Source of the DNA: Candidatus Marinacidobacterium sp.
GTDB lineage: Bacteria; Acidobacteriota; Vicinamibacteria; Marinacidobacterales; Marinacidobacteraceae
Assembly (NCBI GenBank): GCA_965220965.1
Contig: OZ244852.1
Location: 896,001-960,000 of the forward strand
Direction of reading: 5' to 3'
DNA length: 64,000 bases
Each line of letters begins with the position of its first letter. Positions within the stretch are counted from its first letter, which is position 1. The position numbers and the translations under genes are program-made. Positions 39,822-48,041 of this stretch are shown here, in pieces. The notes under the pieces were generated by a model. It was not told the DNA's origin. It did not search any database and worked only from the letters and a program-made list of their open reading frames with translations.

Positions 39822-40058
39822 GGACCGGGCGCGTCTCAGCGCGCCCGGTTCCTCCGGGGGAGGCGGCGGTAGCTCTCCCCGGCGCCCTGTGCGGGTCGCG
39901 GGGCTAATGCCGCCACAGGAGCTCCGCGGCTACCGACTTCAGGGGAGGAGGTCAGTCCTCCCGGTGGGAGCCCGGGAGGGGAAACGCCCTCCCACAACGT
40001 GTGACTCTGAATCGGAACCTGGCGAAGCAAGTTCCGATTCGCTGGCCCGAAGGCTAGC
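39822..40058. ncRNA. Candidate structured RNA / hairpin cluster between convergent genes
   Basis: At least six stems visible by eye, e.g. ACCGGGCGCG/CGCGCCCGGT, CGGTAGC/GCTACCG, GGGAGGA/TCCTCCC, GGGAGGG/CCCTCCC, GAATCGGAAC/GTTCCGATTC; no family recognised. Confidence 0.35.
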
Positions 40059-40071
40059 TACCGGCGCCCGG

Positions 40072-40488
40072 CTATCGGCGACGACGGCGGCGGGGGATGA
40101 CGTCGATCTGGTCCGAATCGGTGGCCCGGATGAAGAGCGTCTCTCCCTCCTGGCTGAGCTCGCCCCGCACCCGCAGGTTGCGGCCCTGGGCGTAGCGCTT
40201 CTCCGGATCGGCGCCCCAATTCCCGATGTGCTCGTTGGCGATGACGACCTGAAAGCCGGTGGCGGTGTCGGCGTCGAGGAAGATCTGGATCCCGGCGCGC
40301 GACTTGCTGATCCGGTAGACCCGGGACTCCACGACGATGTCCTGACCCACATGGTCCTCGGTGAGGTCGGCGGGACGAAGCGCCGCCTCCTCCTCCGCGT
40401 CCTGCGCCAGGGCGGAGGGAGCGACGAACGCCGCGACCGCGAAAGCGAACAGGGCGAGGCGAACGCCCCGGAAACGATGGGCCTGCAT
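40072..40488 (-). CDS. Exported OB-fold protein
   Basis: Signal peptide ending ALA-Q; VG..I.V...V, F.VVI, GR.LRVRGEL pattern; poly-Arg tail; GGAGG RBS. Confidence 0.7.
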   Translation of the reverse strand: MQAHRFRGVRLALFAFAVAAFVAPSALAQDAEEEAALRPADLTEDHVGQDIVVESRVYRISKSRAGIQIFLDADTATGFQVVIANEHIGNWGADPEKRYAQGRNLRVRGELSQEGETLFIRATDSDQIDVIPRRRRRR

Positions 40489-40564
40489 CAGGTTTGCCTC
40501 CCGACGGGCCCGACCTCGAGGGCGGAGTTGCCCCGGAGCCGCCGGGCCCCGATCTCCACCGCCT

Positions 40565-40594
40565 GTTGTAACAAAGCCCGCTTCCCCGAGTCAA
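40565..40594 (-). promoter_or_regulatory. Candidate sigma70 promoter for the OB-fold gene
   Basis: Minus strand TTGACT-N18-TACAAC with TG extension; overlaps near-palindrome TTGTAACAA. Confidence 0.35.
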
Positions 40595-40616
40595 AAGGGG
40601 GGGCGGGGGAGCGAGT

Positions 40617-41165
40617 TCAGCTTCCGGGGGTCGAGCCTCCGAACAGGCGGAGCACCGCGAAGCACCGGTCGATCCAGCCCTCGTACTGCGCAGCCTGGGA
40701 GGGGGTCTCGTTTCCTGACGCCGCCCAGGCGGATTCGCCTCCGGTCTGGAGCAGCCGCCACGACCGATGGTGGACATCGCAACTGTCCACCAGCGCCTGC
40801 GAATCGAGGCCCTCGAGCATCTCCCGGACCCCGGCGAGGCCGTCCGCGGTCGAATCGCCCTGGACCATCGCGACCGAGACGAAGACCGTCAGGACCTCCA
40901 TGCAGGCGGCGTAGGCGCTGGCCGCGGTGGAGGACGCCAGCTCGTTGCGGAGCTGGATCGGGAGCTGCCGCACACCGAAATCGGCCTGCTCCCGGCAGTG
41001 CAGTTCCACCGGCATGGTCCCGCCGGGAAGCGCCATGAGCTCGGCCTGCGCCTGCTCCGGCGTGATGCCGGCGCCACCGCTGGCGCATCCGGCGCCCAGT
41101 CCGAGGAGCAGCGCCCCCGCGGCGCGCCCCATGCGGCGGGTGATCGTCCACAGTGTCCGGCCCAT
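40617..41165 (-). CDS. Hypothetical lipoprotein
   Basis: Lipobox LGAGC after hydrophobic stretch; four further Cys; start 41165 or 41132. Confidence 0.55.
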   Translation of the reverse strand: MGRTLWTITRRMGRAAGALLLGLGAGCASGGAGITPEQAQAELMALPGGTMPVELHCREQADFGVRQLPIQLRNELASSTAASAYAACMEVLTVFVSVAMVQGDSTADGLAGVREMLEGLDSQALVDSCDVHHRSWRLLQTGGESAWAASGNETPSQAAQYEGWIDRCFAVLRLFGGSTPGS

Positions 41166-41195
41166 CGGCAGAGTGTCCTTCCGTTGAGAGTGGCA

Positions 41196-41211
41196 AGCAA
41201 GCGCCGCACCA
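41196..41211 (-). promoter_or_regulatory. Candidate sigma54 (-24/-12) promoter
   Basis: Minus strand TGGTGCGGCGCTTGCT versus consensus TGGCACGNNNNTTGCW with correct GG-N10-GC spacing, 30 nt upstream of ATG 41165. Confidence 0.45.
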
Positions 41212-41280
41212 CGGACCCGCGCCAGTCCGCGCCGCTTCGAGCGGTGTGTCGGTGGCGACGCTTCTAGACTTCGGCGCGCC

Positions 41281-41907
41281 ATGGAGCCGCCCCTCGTCGC
41301 CGTCCTGCCGACCGGACGACTGCTGAAGGCGGCGCGAGGCCTCCTGGAGAGCGCCGGGCTTCCGCTGCCGGAGCGGGGCGCCGCGGACCGGAGACTGCGC
41401 CTTCGTCGTGACGGGCTCGAAGCCGTCTTCGCGAAGGATCGCGACGTGCCGGTCTACGTGGAGCACGGGGTGGGGGACTTCGGGGTCGCTGGCCGGGACA
41501 TCCTGGAGGAGGCGCCCTCGCGGGTCTACGAACCGCTGGATCTCGAAGTCGGGCGCTGCCGCATGGTGCTGGCGCGTCCCGAGGACCGTCCGTTGCCGAC
41601 GCCGCCGTTTCGGGTGGCCACGAAATACCCCCGGGTCGCGCGCAGGTTCTTCGCGGAGCGCGGGTTCCCGGTGGAGCTGCTTCGCCTCTCCGGGGCGATC
41701 GAGCTCGCGCCGGCGCTGGATCTTGCGGACGCCATCGTGGATCTGGTGGAGACCGGGGCGACGCTTCGGGAGAACGGACTCGTGGAGGAGCAGACCATCT
41801 TCGAGAGTTCCGCCCGCGTCATCGTGAACCGGGCGTCTTTCCGCCTGCGCGAGCATCGGCTGCGGGAGGTGCTGGCGCGCCTCGAGGGCGCGGTGGGCCG
41901 CTCGTGA
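41281..41907 (+). CDS. hisG: ATP phosphoribosyltransferase, short form
   Basis: LPTGRL, DVPVYVEHG..DFGVAG.D, ATKYP, GAIELAP..LADAIVDLVETGATLRENGL; 208 aa. Confidence 0.95.
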   Translation: MEPPLVAVLPTGRLLKAARGLLESAGLPLPERGAADRRLRLRRDGLEAVFAKDRDVPVYVEHGVGDFGVAGRDILEEAPSRVYEPLDLEVGRCRMVLARPEDRPLPTPPFRVATKYPRVARRFFAERGFPVELLRLSGAIELAPALDLADAIVDLVETGATLRENGLVEEQTIFESSARVIVNRASFRLREHRLREVLARLEGAVGRS

Positions 41908-43268
41908 GCCGGGACGCCGGGATCCGTCTTGGGGTCTTCGAAGGGATTGCGGCGTGGCGGGACGATCCCCGCCGCCGCGCCGCCCCCGGGGAGGACGCGG
42001 CGAGCGTCGACGGCATCACCGCGTCGATCCTCGACCGGGTCCGGAGGGACGGCGACCAGGCGCTGGTGGAGCTCGCCCGGGAGTTCGACCGCGTCGAGCT
42101 CGATCCCGCGTCCCTGAGGGTCTCCCCGGAGGAGCTGGAGACGCTCGCGGCGGCGGCCAGTCCGGCGGACCGCGATCTGCTGCGCCGCGCCCGCGACCGG
42201 ATCGCCGCCTACCACGAGCCGCAGCGGGAGCGCTCCTACACGCGGGACGTCGGCGATGGCTCCCGACTCGAGTGGCGCGTCCTCCCGCTCAGGGCGGCCG
42301 GGGTCTATGTCCCCGGTGGAGCGGCGGTGTATCCGTCCACCGTGCTGATGAACTCGATTCCGGCGCGGGTGGCGGGCGTGCCGCGGGTGGCGCTCGCGAC
42401 GCCCCCCGGCGCGCTCGAGCGGAGCCCGGCGCTCGCGGCCGCGGTTCAGGCGGCGGGAGTCGACGAGGTCTTCCGCATCGGCGGCGCCCAGGCGATCGCC
42501 GCCTTCGCCTTCGGGACCGGGACCGTGCGACCGGTGGATGTCGTGGTCGGGCCGGGGAACGCCTTCGTCGCCGAAGCCAAGCGTCAGGTGGCCCCCTTCG
42601 TGAGAACCGACGCCTTCGCAGGGCCTTCCGAGGTCGTGGTCGTCGCCGATGCGAGCGCCGAGGCGGATCCCCAGCCGGCCTGGATCGCCGCCGACCTGCT
42701 CGCGCAGGCCGAGCACGGCTCGGGCGAAGAGCGGGCGATCCTCATCACCACGTCCCGGGTCGTGGCGCAGCGGGTGGCCTCCGAGGTCGCGCGCCAGGCC
42801 CGGGACCAGCCGAATCGGGAGACCATCGCCCGAGCGCTCGCCCGACACGGCGCCGCGGTCGTGGTCCGGGCCCTCGCGGAGGCGGTGGATTTCGCTGGCG
42901 AACTGGCGCCGGAGCACCTCGAGGTCTTCACCGCCGACCCGGAGAGCCTCGCGAGCAGGTTCCCGACCGCCGGGGCGGTTCTTCTGGGCCCCCATTCGCC
43001 GGTCGCCATCGGGGACTACGGCGCCGGGCCGAACCACGTGTTGCCGACCGGGGGCGCCGGCCGCTTCGCGTCGCCGCTGTCGGTCGGGGATTTCCTGAAG
43101 CGCCAGAGCCTGATCCGCTACACCCGGAGCACGCTCGAAGCCCAGCGCGAGGACTTCGAGCGCTTCGCGCGGATGGAGGGCTTCGAGGCCCATGCGCGCT
43201 CGATCTCGGTGCGATTCGCCGAAGGTTTGGAGCAGTCGCCCCGCGAGCCCGATCCGGCGGGCGGCTGA
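41904..43268 (+). CDS. hisD: Histidinol dehydrogenase
   Basis: GVYVPGG, GGAQAIAA, GPGNAFV, AGPSEV, AQAEH, APEHL, GDYGAGPNHVLPT. Confidence 0.96.
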   Translation: MSRDAGIRLGVFEGIAAWRDDPRRRAAPGEDAASVDGITASILDRVRRDGDQALVELAREFDRVELDPASLRVSPEELETLAAAASPADRDLLRRARDRIAAYHEPQRERSYTRDVGDGSRLEWRVLPLRAAGVYVPGGAAVYPSTVLMNSIPARVAGVPRVALATPPGALERSPALAAAVQAAGVDEVFRIGGAQAIAAFAFGTGTVRPVDVVVGPGNAFVAEAKRQVAPFVRTDAFAGPSEVVVVADASAEADPQPAWIAADLLAQAEHGSGEERAILITTSRVVAQRVASEVARQARDQPNRETIARALARHGAAVVVRALAEAVDFAGELAPEHLEVFTADPESLASRFPTAGAVLLGPHSPVAIGDYGAGPNHVLPTGGAGRFASPLSVGDFLKRQSLIRYTRSTLEAQREDFERFARMEGFEAHARSISVRFAEGLEQSPREPDPAGG

Positions 43269-43300
43269 GCGCATCGCTTCGCTACCATCCCCCGACTCTC

Positions 43301-44428
43301 ATGAAACCCGTCCCCCTCGAGGTCGTCCGCCCCGAAGTCATGGAGTTGGCGCCCGATGTGGGCTCCCGCCCCGACGTGCCGATCCACCTCGACTGGAACG
43401 AGAGCCGCTGGCCGCTTCCGGCCGATCTGCTGGAGGAGATGGCGGAGGCGACGTCGGGCGCCGACCCCCGACCCTATCCGGACCGCGGCTATCCGGCGGT
43501 CCGCGAGGCGATCGCCGGGCTCAGCGGTTGGGATCCCGAGGGCGTCGTGTTCGGCAATGGCGGCGACGACATGCTGCAGTTGTCGGGGCTCGCGCTCACC
43601 GGGCCGGGCCGCTCGGCGCTCTACCCGTCGCCCGGTTTCTCCATGTACCCGTGGGCGCTCCGGCTGGCCGGGGCCGAAGCGCGGCCCGTCGCGCTGGGGG
43701 AGGGTCTGGGGTACGACCTGAGCGAACTCCATCGCCGGATCGCCGAGGAACGGCCGGCGCTGGTCTTCGTCACCGCGCCGCATAACCCCACCGGCGAGCT
43801 GCTCCCCCTCGAGGCGCTGCGGCGTCTCGCCGAGGCCGCTCCCGGGTTCCTCCTGATCGATGAGGCCTACCACGAGTTCGCCGCCTGGAACGCCCGCTCG
43901 CTGCTCGACGATTTCGGCAACGTCCTGATCCTCCGCACGTTCTCCAAGGCGATGGCGATGGCGGGGGCGCGGCTGGGCTACCTGCTCGCGCGCCCGGAGG
44001 CGGCGCACGCGATGCGGCGGGCGCAACCGCCGTTCCCGGTCGGGGTCTACACCTGCCGGGCGGCGGCGGCGGCGATGCGGCGCCGGAGTCTGCTCCTCGA
44101 TCTGACCCGGCGCATCACCGCCGAGCGCGACTGGCTGTCGGGGCGGCTGTCGGCGATCTCCGATGTGGAGGTCTGGCCCTCGCAGACCAATTTCCTGCTG
44201 TTCCGCACTCCGATGGACAGCCCGGCGCTCCGTCGCCGACTCCTGGGACACGGGGTGTCGCTGCGCGACTTCTCCGCGCACCCGCGCCTCGCCGGCACCC
44301 TCCGGGTCACGGTTGGAGTCCGCGAGGAGAATCTCGTCTTCCTGAAGGGCCTCGAGGAGAGCCTCGCCACTCCGCTGAGCGCCGCCGAACGGGATGCGGT
44401 GGCCGCGCCCGAGTCGCCGGTCGCCTGA
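43301..44428 (+). CDS. hisC: Histidinol-phosphate aminotransferase
   Basis: LDWNE, YPD, GNGGDD, PHNPTG, DEAY, RTFSKA..MAGARLGY; operon position. Confidence 0.93.
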   Translation: MKPVPLEVVRPEVMELAPDVGSRPDVPIHLDWNESRWPLPADLLEEMAEATSGADPRPYPDRGYPAVREAIAGLSGWDPEGVVFGNGGDDMLQLSGLALTGPGRSALYPSPGFSMYPWALRLAGAEARPVALGEGLGYDLSELHRRIAEERPALVFVTAPHNPTGELLPLEALRRLAEAAPGFLLIDEAYHEFAAWNARSLLDDFGNVLILRTFSKAMAMAGARLGYLLARPEAAHAMRRAQPPFPVGVYTCRAAAAAMRRRSLLLDLTRRITAERDWLSGRLSAISDVEVWPSQTNFLLFRTPMDSPALRRRLLGHGVSLRDFSAHPRLAGTLRVTVGVREENLVFLKGLEESLATPLSAAERDAVAAPESPVA

Positions 44429-44435
44429 GGCCGCC

Positions 44436-45041
44436 TTGTCCGAGTCCAGCCGGCCCCGCCGGGCGACGCGCTCCCGCGCGACCCGCGAGACCCGCATCGC
44501 GGTCACGGTGGATCTCGATCCGGTCGCGCCCTCCTCGCGCATCGCGACCGGCATCGGCTTCTTCGATCACATGCTGGAGGCGTTCGCCCGCCACGCGGGA
44601 ATCGACCTCACGGTGGACGCAGAGGGCGATCTCCACGTGGATCCCCACCACACGATGGAGGATGTCGGGCTGACGCTCGGCGACTGCCTCGCCGAGGCGC
44701 TCGGCGATCTGGGCGGGGTGCGGCGCTTCGGGTCGGCGCTGATCCCGCTGGACGAGGCGCTCTCGCGCGTGGTCGTGGATCTGTGCGGCCGGCCGTTTCT
44801 CGCCTGGCGGGTCCGGTTTCCGGCGGCGCGGGTGGGCGAGGCTCCGACCGAGCTCTTCGAGGACTTCTTTCGCGCGCTGACCGACCGCGCCCGGATGACG
44901 GTCCACGTCGACGGGTTGACGGGTCGCAACAGCCATCACATCGCCGAGACGGTGTTCAAGGCGTTTGCCCGGGCGTTCGCCGAGGCGAAGGGCGTGGTCG
45001 GGTCGGAGGTCCCCTCGACCAAGGGGACCCTTTCTGTCTGA
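44436..45041 (+). CDS. hisB: Imidazoleglycerol-phosphate dehydratase
   Basis: RATRET, TGIGFFDHML, GDLHVDPHHTMEDVG, NSHHIAE, PSTKG. Confidence 0.96.
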   Translation: MSESSRPRRATRSRATRETRIAVTVDLDPVAPSSRIATGIGFFDHMLEAFARHAGIDLTVDAEGDLHVDPHHTMEDVGLTLGDCLAEALGDLGGVRRFGSALIPLDEALSRVVVDLCGRPFLAWRVRFPAARVGEAPTELFEDFFRALTDRARMTVHVDGLTGRNSHHIAETVFKAFARAFAEAKGVVGSEVPSTKGTLSV

Positions 45042-45663
45042 TCGGCCGGCTGACGGGTCGGCGGTCGTCGTGGTGGACCACGGCGCCGGAAACCTCGCCA
45101 GCGTGACGCGGGCGCTTCGCCGCGAGGGGGCGGAGGCGGACCTGACATCGGACCCGGAACGGGTGGCGGCGGCCCGCCGGCTCGTCCTTCCCGGCGACGG
45201 GCACTTCGGCGAGGCGATGCTCTCGCTGCGCCGACGCTCCCTCGAGGAGCCGGTCCGGCGGGCGGTTGCGGCGGGGGCGCGGCTGCTCGGGATCTGCGTG
45301 GGTCTCCAGATGCTCTTTCCGGAGAGCGATGAAGCTCCGGGCGTTCCCGGGCTCGGGCTGCTTCCCGGGAGGGTGCGCCGGTTCCGGGGGGCTCAGCGAG
45401 TGCCCCACATCGGCTGGAACCAGCTCAAGGACCTCGACGGCCACCCGCTCTTCCGTGGAGTCGGGGAGGGGAGCTACGCCTACTTCCTCCATTCGTTCCA
45501 CGCGGACCCGGCGGAGGCGAACGACCGCCTCGCGGTGACGGACTACGGGGTCCGGTTCGCGTCGGCCGCCGGCCGGGGCCGGGTGCTCGGCATCCAGTTC
45601 CACCCGGAGAAGAGCGCCCGCCTGGGCGCCCGGGTCCTGCGGAACTTCCTGGCGTTGGCGTGA
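45034..45663 (+). CDS. hisH: Imidazole glycerol phosphate synthase, glutaminase subunit
   Basis: DHGAGNL.SV, LPGDG, GICVGLQ, PHIGWN, YFLHSF, QFHPEKS; start probably CTG 45034. Confidence 0.93.
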   Translation: MSDRPADGSAVVVVDHGAGNLASVTRALRREGAEADLTSDPERVAAARRLVLPGDGHFGEAMLSLRRRSLEEPVRRAVAAGARLLGICVGLQMLFPESDEAPGVPGLGLLPGRVRRFRGAQRVPHIGWNQLKDLDGHPLFRGVGEGSYAYFLHSFHADPAEANDRLAVTDYGVRFASAAGRGRVLGIQFHPEKSARLGARVLRNFLALA

Positions 45664-46436
45664 GCCCCGAGCCTCCCCGGATCGAACCGATCCCGGCGGT
45701 GGATCTCTCCGCCGGTCGGGTCGTGCGGCTCCTCCGGGGCGAGCGGGATCAGGAAACCGTCTACGGCGACGACCCCCTGGAGGCGGCGGAGGGCTTCGCC
45801 GCCGAGGGCGCGCGCTGGCTTCACGTGGTGGACCTCGACGCCGCGTTTGGCGACGGAGGCAACCGGAAAGCCATCCGCCGGCTGCTGCGGCGCTCCCGGC
45901 TCCGGGTCCAGGTCGCCGGGGGAGTCCGGAGCGTCGAGGCCTACCGGGAGCTGCGGGACGCGGGCGCGGCGCGGGTCGTGTTCGGCACGGTCGCGGTCGA
46001 GACCCCGGAGGTCGTGGAAGAGGCGATTCGGCGCGACGCCGAGGGGGTCGCGGTGGCGCTCGACGTGCGGGGCGGGAGGCTTCAGACCCGGGGCTGGGTC
46101 GATGGCCCGGCGGATGGCGCAGCGTCCGACGTCCGCGAGAGCCCGGAGGACGCCGCCCGGCGCTGGGGGGCGCGCGGGGCGGGGGCGCTCATCCACACCG
46201 GCATCGAGCGGGACGGGACGATGGATGGACCCGACATCGATGCGGCGTTCCGGCTCGCCCTCGCGTCGGGGCTCCCGACGATCATCGCCGGCGGGGTGGG
46301 AAGCGCGGCGCACCTCGAGGCGATCCGGGCCAGAAGCGCCGAAGAGCCTCGGGCCCGCCTCGCCGGAGTCATCCTCGGGCGGGCGCTCTACGAGGGGCGG
46401 CTGAGACTCGGGGACGCGTTCGCGGCGCTCGGCTGA
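45660..46436 (+). CDS. hisA: ProFAR isomerase
   Basis: IPAVDL..GRVVRL..G, LHVVDLDAA, GGVRS, DGTMDGPD, GRALYEG. Confidence 0.95.
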   Translation: MSPEPPRIEPIPAVDLSAGRVVRLLRGERDQETVYGDDPLEAAEGFAAEGARWLHVVDLDAAFGDGGNRKAIRRLLRRSRLRVQVAGGVRSVEAYRELRDAGAARVVFGTVAVETPEVVEEAIRRDAEGVAVALDVRGGRLQTRGWVDGPADGAASDVRESPEDAARRWGARGAGALIHTGIERDGTMDGPDIDAAFRLALASGLPTIIAGGVGSAAHLEAIRARSAEEPRARLAGVILGRALYEGRLRLGDAFAALG

Positions 46437-47089
46437 GACGCCGCCCCGGTATCCGGGGGAAAGCGCCGGCGCAGTTCGGCCGCCACCCGGGTCGGGGGAA
46501 CGCCCCGGCTCTGGAACAGCACGAGGAGGTGGTAGAGCAGATCCGCCGCCTCGGCGACCAGCTCCCCTTCGTCGCCGGCGACGCCGGCGAGCGCAACCTC
46601 GACGCCTTCCTCCCCCACTTTCTGGGCGATGCGCGACGCCCCGGCGCTCAGGAGCCGCGCGGTGTAGGAGCTGTCGGGAGGGGCGTCGGCCCGGCGGGCG
46701 ACGATTTCCGCGAGCGCGTCCAGCACCCCATCCAGGCCGGGGGCGCTGTCGCCGCCGCCCTCCCGGTCGAAGCAGGAGATCTCGCCGGTGTGGCAAGTCG
46801 GGCCGGCGGGTCGGGCGCGGACCAGGAGCGCATCTGCGTCGCAGTCGAGGTCGAGGGAGACGAGGTGGAGGTGATTGCCCGATGTCTCGCCCTTCAGCCA
46901 GAGCCGGTTCCGGCTGCGCGAAAAGAAGTGGACCCGTCCGGCCTCCATCGTTTGTTCGAGCGCCTCCCGGTTCATCCATCCCAGCATGAGGACCCGGCCG
47001 GTGGAGGCGTTCTGGATGATGGCCGGCGCCAGCCCGGCCTCGTTCCAGCGGACCTGGTCGGCCAGCGGGCCTTCGGTGGAAGGGTTCAT
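46388..47089 (-). CDS. hisIE: Bifunctional phosphoribosyl-AMP cyclohydrolase / phosphoribosyl-ATP pyrophosphatase
   Basis: [58 protein letters not shown]. Confidence 0.95.
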   Translation of the reverse strand: MNPSTEGPLADQVRWNEAGLAPAIIQNASTGRVLMLGWMNREALEQTMEAGRVHFFSRSRNRLWLKGETSGNHLHLVSLDLDCDADALLVRARPAGPTCHTGEISCFDREGGGDSAPGLDGVLDALAEIVARRADAPPDSSYTARLLSAGASRIAQKVGEEGVEVALAGVAGDEGELVAEAADLLYHLLVLFQSRGVPPTRVAAELRRRFPPDTGAASQPSAANASPSLSRPS

Positions 47090-47874
47090 GCGGCCGCGAG
47101 TCCGTTTTCGTCTTCCGGCGGACGAACGGGAATGCCGCGCTTCGCGAGGTAGCGCTTCGTCTCGACGATCGTGTGGATGCTCCGGTGGTAGATCGAGGCG
47201 GCGAGCGCCGCGCTCGCGCCGGTCTGCTCGAACACGTCGGCGATGTGCGAGAGCGCGCCGACTCCTCCCGAGGCGATGACCGGAACCTGGACCGCGTCGG
47301 CCGCCTGCCGCACCTGATCGAGGTCGTACCCCTGCCGGGTGCCGTCCCGGTCCATGCTCGTGAGCAAAACCTCTCCCGCCCCCAGTTCCTCGCCGCGCCG
47401 GATCCACTCGATCGCGTCCAGCCCGGTCGGCTGTCTTCCACCCGCGGTGTAGACCTCGAAACCGCCGTCTCCGGTGCGGCGGGCGTCCACCGCGAGGACC
47501 AGACACTGCGACCCGAACTGGCGGGACGCCTCCCGCAGGAGTTCCGGCCGGCGGACCGCCGCGCTGTTCACCGAAACCTTGTCGGCGCCGGCGCGCAGCA
47601 GCGAGTCCATGTCGCCCACGCTGCGGACCCCGCCGCCGACGGTGAAGGGGATCGTGAGCGCCTCCGCGACGGCGCGCACCGTGCGGAGCGCGGTGCCGCG
47701 CTCCTCCCAGGTGGCGGTGATGTCCAGCAGGCAGAGCTCGTCGGCCTGTCCGGCGTCGTAGGCCACGGCGCTCGTAACCGGATCCCCCTCATCGGTGAGA
47801 TCCACGAAGCGCACCCCCTTGACGACCCGGCCGTCCTTGACGTCGAGGCAGGGGATGATCCGCCGCGCCAGCAC
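47086..47874 (-). CDS. hisF: Imidazole glycerol phosphate synthase, cyclase subunit
   Basis: [54 protein letters not shown]. Confidence 0.97.
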   Translation of the reverse strand: MLARRIIPCLDVKDGRVVKGVRFVDLTDEGDPVTSAVAYDAGQADELCLLDITATWEERGTALRTVRAVAEALTIPFTVGGGVRSVGDMDSLLRAGADKVSVNSAAVRRPELLREASRQFGSQCLVLAVDARRTGDGGFEVYTAGGRQPTGLDAIEWIRRGEELGAGEVLLTSMDRDGTRQGYDLDQVRQAADAVQVPVIASGGVGALSHIADVFEQTGASAALAASIYHRSIHTIVETKRYLAKRGIPVRPPEDENGLAAA

Positions 47875-47947
47875 GGCGGCAGTGTACGCCTCGGCAGCGG
47901 CCTGACGGAAAGCTCCGGACGCCGCCTACCTCGAGGTGTCAGAACCC

Positions 47948-48025
47948 GGGGGAGGGTTTGGGAGGGGCCGCGAGCAAGGGTGGGGGTGGTGCGCTGTGGG
48001 TCGTCAAAGCGGCCCCCCCCCCCCC
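47948..48025. repeat. G-run cluster and C13 homopolymer upstream of hisF
   Basis: GGGGGAGGGTTTGGGAGGGG at 47948-47967; 13 consecutive C at 48013-48025. Confidence 0.7.
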
Positions 48026-48041
48026 GCACAGCGCGTGACGC

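Noticed and set aside
39840-40000. TPP, SAM-I, lysine or Moco riboswitch; SRP RNA, RNase P, tmRNA
   Set aside because: Only short partial motif resemblances; diagnostic cores (CTGAGA, GGAAGGAAGCAGC, GAGGAAAGTCC, tRNA-like ends) are missing and no gene lies downstream in sense orientation.
41166-41280. Histidine attenuator leader peptide
   Set aside because: No His-codon run or terminator/antiterminator seen upstream of hisG, hisZ or hisF.
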